NCBI GenBank assembly: GCA_009602725.1
Contig: WELB01000012.1
Span: 866,619 to 930,618, forward strand
Direction: 5' to 3'
DNA: 64,000 bases
DNA from: Spirogloea muscicola
Lineage: Eukaryota
Part shown: piece after piece, positions 1-19,527 of the stretch
Layout of the letters: each line of letters begins with the position of its first letter
Position numbering within the stretch: the stretch's first letter is position 1
Notes under the pieces: generated by a model
What the model was told of the DNA's origin: nothing
What the model saw: only the letters and a program-made list of their open reading frames with translations
Databases searched by the model: none
Made by a program: the position numbers and the translations under genes

Positions 1-149
1 TTAAGCTATGGAGTGGGGTAGCAAAAACAGCTACTGGTTACCCAACTTCCATGTGCAAAGAAGAAACCAGCATAGCTGCAGAAAAGTCTGCCGGCTTGTA
101 TAACAAGCTCCACCTTAGCAGAGCCTACACGTCCTCGCTAACAGGCTCG

Positions 150-5810
<5,661 letters not shown>

Positions 5811-6081
5811 TTTTAGCTGGCGATGTGCCTGCCACAACTACAGGCAAACTGTCGCACGCAAGAGTGAACCGGCTTTGCAATTTCCCACCTTGGCTCATAG
5901 ACCGCGCAGTCCGCAGGAGTGGCAATGGCGAGCCGCCGCTCCCCAGTGCGGTGGTGCTGTGTGCCCGCTTCAGGGTGCCCGGCAGGCCGCAGCTGTCACG
6001 TCGTCTCAGCCGCCGTGCTGACGATGGCGCAGACGACACCGAGCTGACCGAATGCTCCGACCTGCAAAAACTCCACAGCAG

Positions 6082-6928
6082 TCAGACATTGGCATCCTTG
6101 CGAGAGGAGCGCCCGCGACCCCTGCCAAAGGCTGACATCGTGCGGTCTTCCACCAGAGAAAAGCAGGTTAGGTGGGTGGCAGCTAGAGCGGAGGCCGGCA
6201 CACGTACCCCGTTGGCGACGAGGGCTTGCTGGAGCATGAGCTCGCCGGGCGCTTGGGGTTCGCTGACTTGACTTGCAGCGGCTGGCCGTGGAGGACGTGC
6301 TCTGGCTCCTGCAGGTCGCACCGGCCAGCCGGGCAAGCGAGCGCGCATCAGCACCAATGTCAGGAGCGGCAGGTACGGCGACTGTGCGCCCATGCTCAGC
6401 AGCAAGAGCACTTGTGTGCTCGGATGCCAGCACACAAGTGACCGGCACAACCCGACAGGCGGGGTTCGCCGAGAGATGATCCCACGCACGTCGAGGGCAG
6501 CCTGGGCGGCCGCCTCCTCGCGATAGGTGACGAATGCGAACCCACGATTCGGCCTCGGCAGGAAGATGCTGGCCACAGCCCCGAACCTGCGAAGTGCAGT
6601 CATGAGCACTGGCATGAGGGTTTCTCGTCACCCCATCTTGAAGTCCAGTCTGGCTCGGATATAACGGTGTGTGTATCGAGGATTGTGTAATGGAATGTGT
6701 ATATGCATTGGCTCGAAGGCGTGAATGCTGCACCGGCCCCCGAGGCTCTTCGAAGGCAGAGTGGGCAAGTCGGTAAGAGCGACGGCATTGTGATTTGTGT
6801 GGCGGGGGTTCGAGCCGCCGGGCGCACCGGGCAAAGTGGGCGTGGAGGTCCGCCTCGGTGGCCTCCGGGGTGACCAGCCCCACGAAGACGCGCCGCAGGA
6901 GGCCCGGGTCCACCTCCCACGGCGACTC

Positions 6929-6959
<31 letters not shown>

Positions 6960-7093
6960 TCGTCGCTGCAGCCCGGCGTGCGCTCGGTGCGCCTCCGCGC
7001 CCTGCTCACCACGTGCGGCCTGCGCGTCAAGGCCGCCCGAGCTCGGCGAGCTCTGGCGCTGCCCCTGGCTTGCCCGAGGGCTTCAAGCTCCAT
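6082..7093 (-). CDS. Small single-RRM RNA-binding protein (4 exons)
   Basis: Exon 1 7093-6828 has RNP2-like RVFVGLV. Exon 2 starts at 6586 with RNP1 RGFAFVTY. Exon 3 reads [15 protein letters not shown] probable last exon ends [14 protein letters not shown] at 6082. Junctions are GT-AG and keep frame. Confidence 0.8.
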
Positions 7094-7220
7094 TCTCCAG
7101 CGAAGGGCTCCCAGGCACAGCGTGCGGATCGAACCCGGCTCGGCATTCGGTCACTGGCGAGTCTTACACCCTACCCTGTGTCCTGACCTTGGCCAGGATG
7201 GCGGCCTCACTGCGGCGGCC

Positions 7221-10200
7221 ATGGACTCAGAGCTGCTGCCGGAGCTGGAGCTGGCGTGGGCGGCGCCGCAGCGCGTCGGCCCGGGGCTGCGCAACCTCGG
7301 CAACACCTGCTACCTCAACAGCGTGCTCCAGTGCCTCACCTACACGCCGCCGCTCGCCAACTTCTGCCTCGCAGCCCTGCACTCCACCGCCTGTGAGCCC
7401 ACCTGGCCGGGCTCACCGCAGCCGCTGCCATGGCCGCTAGTTGGCTCCACCTCCATTGCTCGACCAGTGCTGGGAGCGGCCTGGCCGTGCTCGAGGAGGT
7501 AGGCCTGACCGGCGGTCCGTCTCGGGCGCAGGTTCGCGGCTGCGCAAGGGCGACGTTGACAGCTGCCCCTTCTGCCTGCTGGAGTGGCGCATCGCCAAGT
7601 CGCTGCGGAGCTCGCTGGCGGTGGACCAGCCGCAGCGCATGGTGCACCGCCTGCGGCACATTGCAAAGCACTTCCGGCTGGGCCGCCAGGAGGACGCCCA
7701 CGAGCTCCTGCGGCTCGCCGTCGAGGCGTGCAACAAGGCCTGTGTGGAGCTCCACAGGATTGCCCAGAACCGCGACCGGAACGGGGCCGCGCCGCGGGGG
7801 CACAGCAGCGGCAACTGCCTCGACGCCGCCGGCGGCGGCAAGAGCGGCGCGGCGGCGGTGGCGGAGCCTCGCACGGTAGTCAAGGACATTTTTGGGGGCG
7901 TGCTGCAGAGCCAGGTGAAGTGCCTCGGCTGCGGCGCGGAGTCCAACACGCTGGACGAGTTCCTGGACCTCAGCCTGGACATCCACCGCCCGTGCGCGAC
8001 GCTCTCGGAGGCGCTCGCACGCTTCAGCTCGCCCGAGATGCTGGACGGCGACAACAAGTACCGCTGCGACCGGTGAGCCACGGCAGCAGAAGCTGATGGG
8101 AAGTGCATCAGAATTAGAGCCAGCAGGGTGGCGCTTGGGCATCGCAAGCAAACCCCTTGTTCTTGTTGTACAGCGCTGGCTCAGCTGTTGGACTTGACAG
8201 CTTGCCTGCAACGCCTGTCTATGAAGTATTGACTGCGCACCAGACTTGACCTGGGCGTGCCCCGTTTCCTGGGTGGAGCAGGTGCAAGATGCTCTCGGCG
8301 GCCCAGAAGCAGATGACCATCCAGGTGGCTCCCACCGTTCTGGTGCTCCAGTTCAAGGTGAGAATGAATACTCAACCTCTAGTGATCTAGCAAGTTCTTG
8401 TGCACAGCCTGCGGTGCTTCGGGCGCTTGTGCAATTGACACTGGTGTGCAGCGACGTAGCTCGGTCGCACATTCTGATGTTTGTAGCTCTGCTTCTGCTT
8501 GCAGAGATTCGGAAACATCTTTGGCGCCAAGATAGACCGTCATATTTTGTTCGAGGAGCGCTTGAGCCTGCGGGAGCACATGACTTGCAACAGCAAGGTG
8601 TGCCTCGCTGGCCCACTATTGGCCAACAATCTGGCAATCACACGATGCAGCATCACCTAGACCATAAGCTTTCACTTCAAGTGTGCTGCTCTGCCAGTAA
8701 TGTTTTTGCTGGATCTTTACCAACGTCTCTAACGGCTTCTGATCCTGGGCTGAGCGGCTGTGTCCACTGTTCACACTGCAGGACCCTTTGCCCAAGTACC
8801 TGCTATATGCCATCATTGTCCATTCAGGTTATTCCCAGGATTCTGGGCATTACTATGCTTACATTAAAGTGAGCATGACATGCTTTTCCATGGCCATGCT
8901 TCAGATGCCATTGACAGGCGCACATAGGCCATGGCTACAAAAACGTTATCCTGTCATGTTCTCCTAGCTCGTACAAGGAAATAGCTCGTACAAGAAGTTA
9001 AAGAAGTTCTTTACCATCTTCACGTTACATAGGGATAGGAGTCTTCATTAGGCTGAACTTCCGCTAGACAATCTGGTATTGGCTTGCGTCATGATGAGGC
9101 ACTGACAGGTGGATTCGTTTGACTGGCCCAGGATTCCTTTGGCTGCTGGTTCTGCTGCGACGACCAGCTCGTGACGCCAGCCAGCCCAGCCACTGTCCTG
9201 GCCGAGAAGGCGTACATGCTCTTCTTTGCCAGGACTTGCCCCCGGACTGCCTCCTGCTCCGGTTTAGGAGCACAGCCGACGTTGTCCTCGTCCTCCAGCC
9301 CGTCCCCTCCTAACACGCCGCCCATGACCACGGCAGAGCCGCCAGCAAGCAAGCCGGCGGCACTGCTTCAGCAGCCCGCTCGTCTCGGCGTCGGCATTGC
9401 CCCGAGACCCATGCATGCAGCCCAGCTGCCTCCGTTGCCACAGCCAAGGGCAAAGTTGCTGCAACACTCTAGCGAGGCTGTCGTTTCTCCGAAGCCGGAC
9501 CGTGGTGCCAGCAGCTGGAGATCAGAGGACGCACTCTTTAGTACCAGCAAGCGAGCCAAGACGGAAGCTGGTGCGGCTGTGATGCAGCCCACCAGCCTCG
9601 GCAGCTCAGCTGCAGCTGCAAGCCATCCTTGCGCCTCTACGGGCAATCCCCCGTCGAAGCAGCGGCTCCTGAAGGACAGACCTTCTGGTGACACCAATGG
9701 GAGCTCTCTTAGTCAGGCAGAGGCAGGGCCTCGTAGTGACGTCAGCGCTCTCGCCCGTGTGACATCCGCTGGCACAGCTGCCACTGGCAGTGTTCAGGGT
9801 GCCGCTTTGAAGCTGCGCACAGCAAGGTGAGCGCAAGCATGTACCTGACGCTCAGTGCATGCGACCAGGATGGCTCAGCATATACATCCAGTTGCCTGCT
9901 CCTTGTAATTTCGGTCTGTGCTAGCTGAAGTTGCCTTGTGACTGACTTTAGTGGTAGTGTGGTGAGGCCCTTTCACTTGCCAATCTTCCTGGCAGTGTGG
10001 GCTTGCTCAGGTTGACTTGTTATGTGTGAGTTGCTTGCAAGTTGATAGGACAGCACAAACTGACCCCTCAGCCTTTCCTGCATTTGCTGCGTGCAGCATA
10101 GCCTCAGCAGGCCGTGAAGCTCTGCAACGCTCCGGTTGGTGTGACGATGTGCGGTCTAAGATGCGGGCTGTGAAGAGGTGCCATCAGCAGGCTGGTGACT

Positions 10201-10551
10201 TCGGAAAGAGCAGGGCTCTGCTCATGTACGCCAAGTGACTCGGCCAGTCGCATGCATTACCAATTGTCACATTGCCTGGTTATGCAAGCAAGTTGGTCCA
10301 AGCACTATGATGTGCCAACCTGACTCTGCCTCCTCAAGGCTGCCAGAAATATCTGAGGTTGGTGCAGCCAATATGCCACGTGGGTGATGCTCAGACGCGT
10401 TATTGACCGTCGCTGAGCACTTGTGCTTGCAATGCTCGTGCTGTGCAGAGAGGAGCTGCAAGCGGCAGCTCGGAAGGAGCTCCTAGCCAAGGTACCTCAG
10501 GAGGTGAAGCAGGAGCTGTATGCGCGAGTCCAGAGCTTGCTCCACCAGTAG
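7221..10551 (+). CDS. UBP25: Ubiquitin carboxyl-terminal hydrolase (USP/C19; UBP25 / USP36-42-like)
   Basis: Cys box [38 protein letters not shown], His box [25 protein letters not shown] low-complexity tail and [16 protein letters not shown] follow. Stop TAG at 10549-10551. Confidence 0.9.
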
Positions 10552-11460
10552 AATGGCAGGGCCTCACCTGGGCCCCATTAGCGAAGCCGTGGGGAGAAGT
10601 GGTTGCAGTTGGCCCCTTGCCTGGTCCAGTGAGCCCAGTGAGCAGGCGGTCCTTGACATTGCCACTGGAGTAACATCACGACCGATGCAGTGATCTTAGT
10701 CACACATGTATCAGGTCTTGTACTTCAGGCATCAGCGTGCACCTGGCTCCCAGCAGAAGTTTTGCCTACTTGAAGGAGACTCCTGCTCAATGCAACCTTG
10801 CTTTGTCATCCTCCACCCAATCCGCCCTTCCAGTACTGAATAGAACAACACCAGACTTGGCCTATGTAGCAAGTTTGGTTTGTTCTCGTGTGGACAAACT
10901 GAGAGGCTAAGAGTGCTACCCAAGTGCCGGCGTAACACAATCGTGGTGTCACTCGTACTGACAGCATCTTCTATAGTAAACTCTCAATATTGATCAGAAA
11001 TTTTGATTGCTTGTGAAGCAGCGCAGTTCTGCATGCTCAAGGTTTGAATGCTCAAACTGCTGCGAAGCACCCTACAGGTCCTTAAGCGGCGGAGTATAAC
11101 ATGTTGTGTGACGTACCACACCCACCACTGCAATGGCCTTCTAGGAGCACCATTTGCTCCAGGCACTGGGGCTATATGGATGTGCCTGTTCATATAGCTA
11201 ACTAGTGACGTGCAACACTTGGCAAATGCACGACCTGGCAGGCCAATTGTATTCGGCATCTTGTATATGGAATGCAGCACCAGGAGACTGCAAAGTCTTG
11301 GAAGGAAAGGGGTATTCAGTCATGCCAATTGGCGGATGCTGATACTGCCTTCCACATCAATTAATGGGAAAGTCTGGTCTCACAAAGTGCCCACGTTGAC
11401 CCGCCACATTCAGCTTCATTTGCTGAATATGTAAAACAATGTACAAGTGGCACTTCCTGG

Positions 11461-14400
11461 TCAACACGATACTGTGACACACTCCTGGCCAACTGCAAGG
11501 ACTTCCTCATGGCTGTGCCGCCATGAGGACGGATTAGCAAGGTCATTACTTGTCTGAGGACAAGCGCTTAAAGGTGAAAGGGTGGCAGAATCAGCAGGGT
11601 TTGCTTTTGTAGCCTGGCAGAGAAGAATTCCAAAGTCGATTCGGCCCTGCCACAGGCACAACATAACAACCACCAGCTCAATGCAACTTGAGCACACACA
11701 GCCCTGCAGGCAGAGTAATGTAACTGTGCGTCTGACGTGCATGCATGTAGTCAATAGAGGTATCCAGCGTTTTGCAAGTTCAGCAGGAGCTCATGCAGCA
11801 GCTGGGCTTAGGCACCTTATGTCGGCGGTAGGATGAGAGGGTGCGCAGCGGCTCCCTGGTGACGCTTGGCCTGCCTGAGTTCTGGTCAATGTTGATCATC
11901 TGGCAGCGATTGCACGCCCCTAACACCTGCAACAGCATGCAGCGGCCAGCTATACAAAGCATGCCTGCCGAGAGACTGACTTCTAAGCCAGGAAGCTCAT
12001 CAGAGACCTTGAACTGTGTTTTGAGAACATGTACAATTACATCACGCCCAGATGAAGTACACCAAGACGTACTCACAAAGGCCTGACTGAATTAGATGAT
12101 GCGCCAAGCTCCAAACCCTGAACCTTAACAAGTGTGAGGGCAGAAAGACAGTAGATCAAGCATATCGGCCGGCATGGACACATGCCTGGAATCTGTGGCT
12201 GCCAATGAGGACTTCCCGCCACTTGTCTTCAGCATACGGGAAGCCCCCGGACACAACAAGGTTGGGCCGGAACTGCATTGTAGTAGGTGCGTCCGCTGGC
12301 ACTGTGCAACTTGTCCTCTTCCTTTCTTCTGTGCAGAGGCCGAGAGCCAAACTATCACTTAAGAAGCTTTACAACATTGCCCATGGTAAGTGACGAAGAC
12401 AGTCACGTGGACATTGAAGTCCATGTAATAGCCTTTATGAAGAGCAGAGAATCTGCTAGGAGGTCATAAGTACCAGCATCTCGGACAATCTCCGCATCCT
12501 ACCTGTAGACTCATAGCACGGTTCTTGCGCAGCTGCAGATGCCGCCCTCACCCTGCTACCCAAATTTTCAAGGCTGGCAGCAGTGATGAGCAGAAGCTGG
12601 CCCTCATTGGCAAAGCTCAGCCCAGGGCTAGGGCCTCTGTCACGGTCCCTCTCCACTGCCAGGCTTGAACTGCTCAGGGCCTCCTCCAGGGGCTCATGAG
12701 TCATGACTGTAGCGGAGCCAGCTTCCCCTTTGCGACCGACAACGTAGCGCTGGTGCACACCCTGGTGGACAAGCCGGCACTCTGTGCGCAGCGCCTCGCT
12801 CAGCCATGATGCTGCCTCGTCCCCACAGTCCATTGCTTCCAGCCTGAAGCGACACCGGGTGGCAGTAGAGGAGTGAGCAAGGCGCTTGCTCGAGAAGAAC
12901 AGTCTCTCACTAGCAGCAGAGATCCAGCATGCATGGTGCTAAGTAACAAGGCTCTTTGCATCTAGATACAGTCTCAACTCCCAAAACTTGAAGAAAACAG
13001 CGTGAAGTGCAAACAAGTTGTGGGACCTGTCACTGCAGACATGGACGGCTTTGCGTGAACTCGAGGAGGCCTGGAGGGGAACTCGAACGCCAGTATGCAT
13101 GTGAGGGGCTCTAAGCACCAGCTCCCTGGCCGCCAAGTCCAGCTCGGGCTGGATGGAGCAAAGTGCCAGCCACTGTGTGCATGTGGAGATATGAGGATGA
13201 GATTTGTTATTGAGACTGCTAGTTCTCTTCATTCTCATTGGCATGGTACCATTCATCTCCTTAACCGCATTCTGGATGTTGCCTTACCTTCTTCTGAGTG
13301 AGGGCTTGCCCTGCTGGGTTGACAACCATCCACTCCCGGTCATACTGGAGGCCTGCCAGAAGAGCTTCCCAGCCATCAGAAAGCTACGAGCAGACTGGCA
13401 AGTGTGTGAGTTTGACAACCAGATGGTATCTTACACTTTCTGACCATCTGGCTGGATCCCACCTTCAGGCAGCTATACACCCTGACTGAGAGCTGATCAA
13501 AAGTCAACAGGACAGCTCCTCTTGAAAAGAGCAACATTTCCGCATGTGCAGACCTTCAGATGAGTATGGCAGCATGCATCTGGCCATTGAGTCGCTGCTG
13601 CTTGCAAGCTATGCGCACCTCGGTCGCCAAGCGGCCACGACGTCACTGATATGCCGGCACAGGACTTGACGGGATACACAAAGATGGCCTGCAAGCGCAG
13701 CTCGTTGGCGCCTACAGCACGCTGATCGTTTAGGGGCCCCAACTTGGATTGCGTCAAAGCAGCAGGCAATCTCTGTGTACGAGTGCCCTGACATGTCCTG
13801 GCAAGCTGCCTATTGCCTTCGACAAAGTACTCCTTGACGAAATTGAGTACAGCCTGCATGACAACATTGTTTGAAAGTCAGTCATTGGAGTCAAATAGTC
13901 ATGCAGGCAACACAGATTGCTCTCAAGCTTCTCAAGCTCTCTTCATGTAAATTGCTGCTGGGTCAAATGACTTAGTTGTTCTCTTTGAGCCATTCGCCCT
14001 CTTGGCACAGAGTTTCTTTGTAGTGTATGCCACATTCTAGCGATCATCTCTCCAAGGGTTTTATTGACAAAGGAGCCAAGAGATAAGTGGCCGCACTGCT
14101 GCATCACTGTAGCTAGACATATATCCAAAGGACACGCGCACAGCGCCGGTGGGCTTGCCATCGATGATGTCATTGTCGTCCCAGCAGATATGTCCAGCCT
14201 GACAACAAAGAGCAAGGGCTAAAGAGTAATAAATCACCACCCGACTGATTTTGAGCTGCAAGGTCACAAGAATAGGAATACTAAAAAGAGGGTCCAAGCA
14301 AGGCTAGCATGGCATGCTCTTTGAACGAATGCTCTTCAACAAGGTAAAGTGGTAGAGTGCAACGCTCTTTCTAGCCAACTGGTTACCTCGTAATGAGCCA

Positions 14401-17400
14401 GCAAGTTCTCATGAGAGAGATTCAGGTACTTTGCGCAGGCTCCCGGATTGCAGAAGCAGCCAGTCTGCAATTGGTAGCAATACATGCAGGGGGAGGCTTA
14501 TCAGAGAAAGTGCAAGATGCAATCTGAACGTGAGGGTCTGCTTTCAGAGCACATTGTCGTGCAAACATGCATGACAGTTACATGCTCTCCAGCTGACTTG
14601 CTGAAGGCATGCCATGTTGGCAACTCGCAAGAGGGCACTGCAGAAACTAGGCAATTAGATGTGGACAAGTGAGCATGTGGCTAAAGGTGAGCAGTACTCT
14701 TAGATGAATGCCGTGTAAAACAGCAAGCTTCTCGACCTCTCGGTGGCCCACCCAGGATCCATCCACCCTCAGAATGTTGAAGGTCACTATCGGACCCTGG
14801 CGCTGCTTGCAGAAAATGAAAGGTCGGTTGCAAGCAGCTCGGCAGCTTGGCAGCAGCAATTACAGTCTGACAGACACATCAGAGCTGACGTATACGGCGT
14901 GGAGTGGCTGGTCGAAAATAATTGATGACTATGCCGCATGCCAGCAACACCTCGCAGTAGTCAACATTACTATGCAAGTAAGCCAACCCACTTGAGTGAA
15001 GCTGTCCACATCTCCTTGGAAGTCATGGCTGCCATAGAGCACGCAAACAGGTTCCCCATTGCCGTGACGAAGCGCCGCCAGCTTGCTACCTAGGTGCATT
15101 GTTAGCACTCCAGTGTGCCTGCATACCAGCCTAGCTACAATTGTCAGCATTGTGCAAATAAAGGGGAAGAACTTAGGTGCCGCAACAAGCTCCAAAGCAC
15201 CAACCACATCAGCAGGCAAATTGTAGGAAGCCAGCCACTCCGAGGCACAGGCCGACCTGCTGACGGCAGGCATGCTGAGACGATCAATGGCAGCGAAGCC
15301 GTGCTTGAGAGCTGCTATTGAGAGGAAGGACGTTGTGCCATCCTCCAGCCATGCCTCCACTGCATCCCTCCTCCTCACAAAGTCTAGATCGCTGATGGCC
15401 ACGGCCACAGTGCCTGGAGAGGAGCTCGCACATACCTCTGCTCTTCATTCAGCTAGGGTACTTGCCTCTCAGGCCAAGTAATTGGGGGCAGACAGTAACA
15501 ACCAAGGCAGAAAAGTCGGGCTTGGAGCACCAGACCGGGCCCATGCATACCTCCTCCGAAGTACTTCTTTTGCAGGCAATGTGCAATATCTGCACCACAG
15601 AAGAATGAAGACACTGGTCACTGCAGTCTTCTTGAAGCAGCACAATGACTGTGCAAAAGGAATTGGCCCACAAGCAACATGTTTTGACCTTGCTCTCCTT
15701 CTTCCTTCACACCAACTGTAAGAGGTATGAAGCGTCATAAACCTGCAGCTACTTATCTCACTATTCATCGACCATTGAGCAACTGCAACAGATGCTAGTG
15801 ACATTCTAAAGATATCATCAAAGTGGGGCTGCAAGAAAGCGGCAGCAGATGCCGCTTTCTTGCATGCTGTCAGGGAACAGAGGAAGCTCTTGTGCTTGCA
15901 ATGTAAGGTGACCTGACCTTGTCGCACCAGGAGAGCCCCCAACCCAGTAGGGTAGCCAAATATCTGGAGCACGAAGCCACCGCCGTCCACAGTACTTAGT
16001 TGACTCCGCCAAACCTTGTGACACCACTCAAAGAACCTTCTCGCTTTAGCGAGAAACCGAAGCAGCAGATAGCTGTTGACTTTGACACATGGGCAGCTTG
16101 CCTTGTAGAAGGAGATGGCCACAAAGTCGACTGGGCACTTGGACAGGTCTGGAGGTCCTGTGCTGCAGGCCTTGGCAGCATCCAGCAGCACCAACGTCCT
16201 CTCTCTGCTCCGAGAGAGAGCCATAGTTCAAGCGCAAGTCAAGCAGATCAGGGCAGAGGGCGATCCTTTTGCTACCAAATCACAAGAGGATACTTTTGTG
16301 AAGCAAAATGAGGGTTGACGTACAGCTGCTGACTACATCCTCTTCTTGGCAGCAGGCAGAGTGCCACCTGGCATGAAGGTTGACAAAAGTGGCAGGCTCC
16401 GGCTCACCTCGGAGTGAGAAGCCCTCGGCCATGCCGTAGGTCCTCAATCAGACTCAGGTCAGTCCTTTCCCCGGAGAAGTTGCATTCAGCCGAGAGCGCA
16501 AGGAGGTGCCAGGCCTCCCCCACCACCTCCTCACTGTCGCCATCTGCAATCGTCGTGGCCCTACACGACCCACAGCAGCCGCACTGAGGGCTTGAAGAAC
16601 TCTCCGTCTGGCAGCTGGTGCTGCTTGGTCCTGCCTTGTTCCTGCGCAGAGGCCTCCTCAGCTGAAGCTGCAACGGGAGAGCGCTGCCCTGCGATGCAGC
16701 CTCGGCATGGGCGTCGCCATGCCGAACGAAGTCCACAGCGGCTGCGCTTGCGCCGTTGGCAAGGGCGTACCTGGATACAGCCATGCAGGCACTCATAAGT
16801 CAACAGTCCATAATTGACAATGACTTGAGACAGCATAAAGTCATGCCGCTGACACTCTATGCATCAAGCAAAAATGCACACACTCTCTGATGCCCAGGAC
16901 GCTGTTGTGGCTCTCCAGCTGGTAGAGAAATGTGCTGCCCCTGCTCCACGGGAACGTCTCGCCAACCAGCTTAAGAGCAGCGGAAGCCCCGGCTGTGAAG
17001 ACGCACGCGTACTCTGACTGCGGGGCCTTACAGAAGGCAAGAACCTGCAAGAGTTGGAACTATGCGTCATCATGACCCCATAGCTCCCATCAACCTCGCC
17101 CCAAGCCACGTGGACGTCTGGACTGGGACCTCACAAGGGCGCCTCCAAGAATCTTGTTGAGCTACTTTGAAGTGCAGAAAAACGGCTGTCACATCTGGTC
17201 TGAGCATAGCAATCTCCTCTGCGGTCTTTCATAGTGACCAGGCCGATGCATAGAATTTCAGGACACCTTGAGGAAGCCTCGAGAGCAGCCTGAAGTGACA
17301 ACAGGTGACGGCCACCACTTGCGGACCAGCCGTTTGTGAACCAACAGGGACGGGGACGCACGCACACCTCAGCCCGCATTTCCTCCACGAGACTGGCCGC

Positions 17401-18326
17401 TCGGCTGGCGCTGTCGCTCTGGCTGTCTGCAGTGGTCCTCTGTCAAGGATGCCTGATGCACGGTGCCGCATGCTCTCGCCACATCCCTACTCAGACGGTG
17501 ACTACATCTTGCTGGAGCTTGGCCACGCCTGCCGGCTTTCACAGCTGCCACCAACCTCTGATGGAGCAACTTGTGCCAAACGACTATGGGCCACCACAAA
17601 GGCTATTGGTACTGCAAGGCGGATACGGGGATTGCCGTAGAGGTTGGCAGACATATCTCGCATCGCCTCCTGCAACTGCGACTCTGAGTAGAGAGTGGCG
17701 CCTGCGTGGTCCACATACACGGACCCTGCATAGCCATCGAGGGTGGAGAGATTGAGTAAGACCCCATTGAGACGTCCACCACCACCGCTGCCACAGCAGC
17801 CGGGAGGAGCCCACTGCGTGCTGCCAGTGTGGAACTGGTGCTTGTCCTTAGGCGACATCTCAGAAAGCCAACGCTGTGGCTCAAACTGGCGCCTGCCAGC
17901 GTGAGCTTAGGCTGCTGACGACCAGGGCCGCGGACGCCCCAGCACCACAGCCGTTTCGAGCCTTGCACAGAACTCGACACAACGCTCCGGGCGGCCAGCA
18001 AGCGGGCCAGGTTGGCGCCGCATCAACCGGCCAGGCTGGCGCAGCCGGTCGCCAGCGGCTGGCCTCTTCTAAAGCGATGGACATGGCCACGCCTCGTCGC
18101 CAAGCAGTGGCTGAGGACTCACCGGCTAGGCGGGGGAACTCGCGCCGCCGCAGCTCGTGGATGCCGCCGGCGGCAGCGTACCCGTACGCCTCGCCAAAGC
18201 GGGCCTGGAACGCTGCCTCGTCCTTGGCCGCCACCGCCGTCGCGGCGCCGCGGCCGGGGGGAGGGCTTGGGGCCTCGCCGCGAGGCCGACTCGCCAGCGG
18301 CGCCTCGGGGCCCGGCTGGCCTCCAT
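11461..18326 (-). CDS. ABA3: Molybdenum cofactor sulfurase (NifS-like PLP domain + MOSC domain), multi-exon
   Basis: [57 protein letters not shown]-lysine motif [42 protein letters not shown]. The MOSC part has [26 protein letters not shown] and [11 protein letters not shown]. The start codon is uncertain (see findings). Confidence 0.93.
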
Positions 18327-18540
18327 GCCGGCGCCGCCGCCGCCGCCGCCGCCGCCGCGGCCCGAGCGAGCGAGCGAGCTGCAGTTGAGCATAGCGCGTT
18401 TGATGATCAGCGGTTAACGGCAGTGTCTCTGGTGGTCAATGATTGCAGTTGCCGAGGACCGGGCGGATGTCTGCATGGTAGACTACCCCTTCACGTTCCT
18501 TCGGGCTTTTAGGCTGGCCTCTCCCAGCTAGTAGCTGCTG

Positions 18541-18886
18541 AGAGCTTTTTAGGCCCCTTCATCATTTGGCCCCTTCGAACCTTTGCCAATTCATTTTCGG
18601 GCTGGCATTTCACAGCCCTTGCCCATTATATTCAGACTTGCATCCCAGCCATTGCTATTGTAAAGTGGAAGAGCTGTTTCCTGGTCGGCTCTGAAAGCTC
18701 TTCCACTCACTTTTGAAGCGCTGTTTTCTTTGTTCTTCCGGTGTAGCGTACCCCTGTCCGGCTGTGCAGAAGAAGTGGCTCTCCCAATGGGGCCAAGGGC
18801 TGTGAGAAGCCAGCCCGAAAAGAATTGACAAGGTTCGAAGGGGCCAAACTACGAGCTAAGCAGCGACTGCGGGGCCTGAAGAGGCT
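18541..18886. repeat. Foldback / MITE-like inverted repeat
   Basis: 18565-18627 is an imperfect reverse complement of 18786-18848. There is also an inner perfect 12 bp stem, AGTGGAAGAGCT (18664-18675) / AGCTCTTCCACT (18696-18707). Confidence 0.75.
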
Positions 18887-19527
18887 ACGGCAGAACGGGG
18901 GAGGATGGACCACTTAGTAGTTACGAGTGAGGAGTTACGTGTGCAGAGCCTCTTTGACAAGACTCTTCTTCTTCTTCTTTTTCTTTGACAAGTGGCGATC
19001 GCCGTGGAAGAAGCAAGCCCTTTCAATGCTCAGAATGACTGGACGAGTACTGAAGCTGGAAAGCGCTAAAAAGAGATACTACACAGCTACGCAAGGGTGT
19101 TCTAGGGATTTGGTCTTGCTCCAGTCTCGCTCCAGCGTCCCCAAGCACTTGCAGTGCGTTTGCGGGGCAGGCTTTGGCTTTGGCTGTTCATGCCACAGGG
19201 CGTCGATTGTCATACAACGTCGATAAAGACTGCAGAATTCAGTGCCTTGTCAGGCTTTAAGTGGCAGGCAGAGCAAATGAGAACAAATGCAGCGGTGCAA
19301 AAATCAGGGCAACAGCCTGTGGAAGGTTGGCACGAGCACCGATATGTCTGCGATAAAGCAGGAAATAGTAACAGATGACATGGTGAAATGAAGACTTCTG
19401 GTGAATGGATTGGACATGAAAGAACTTCTATATGCATAGATTATGAAAAGCCCGATATTTGCTGATAGTGTGACAGGGCGGCAAAATGTGGTGGCTACGA
19501 CTGATACAAGTGAAATGTTGGAATAGG

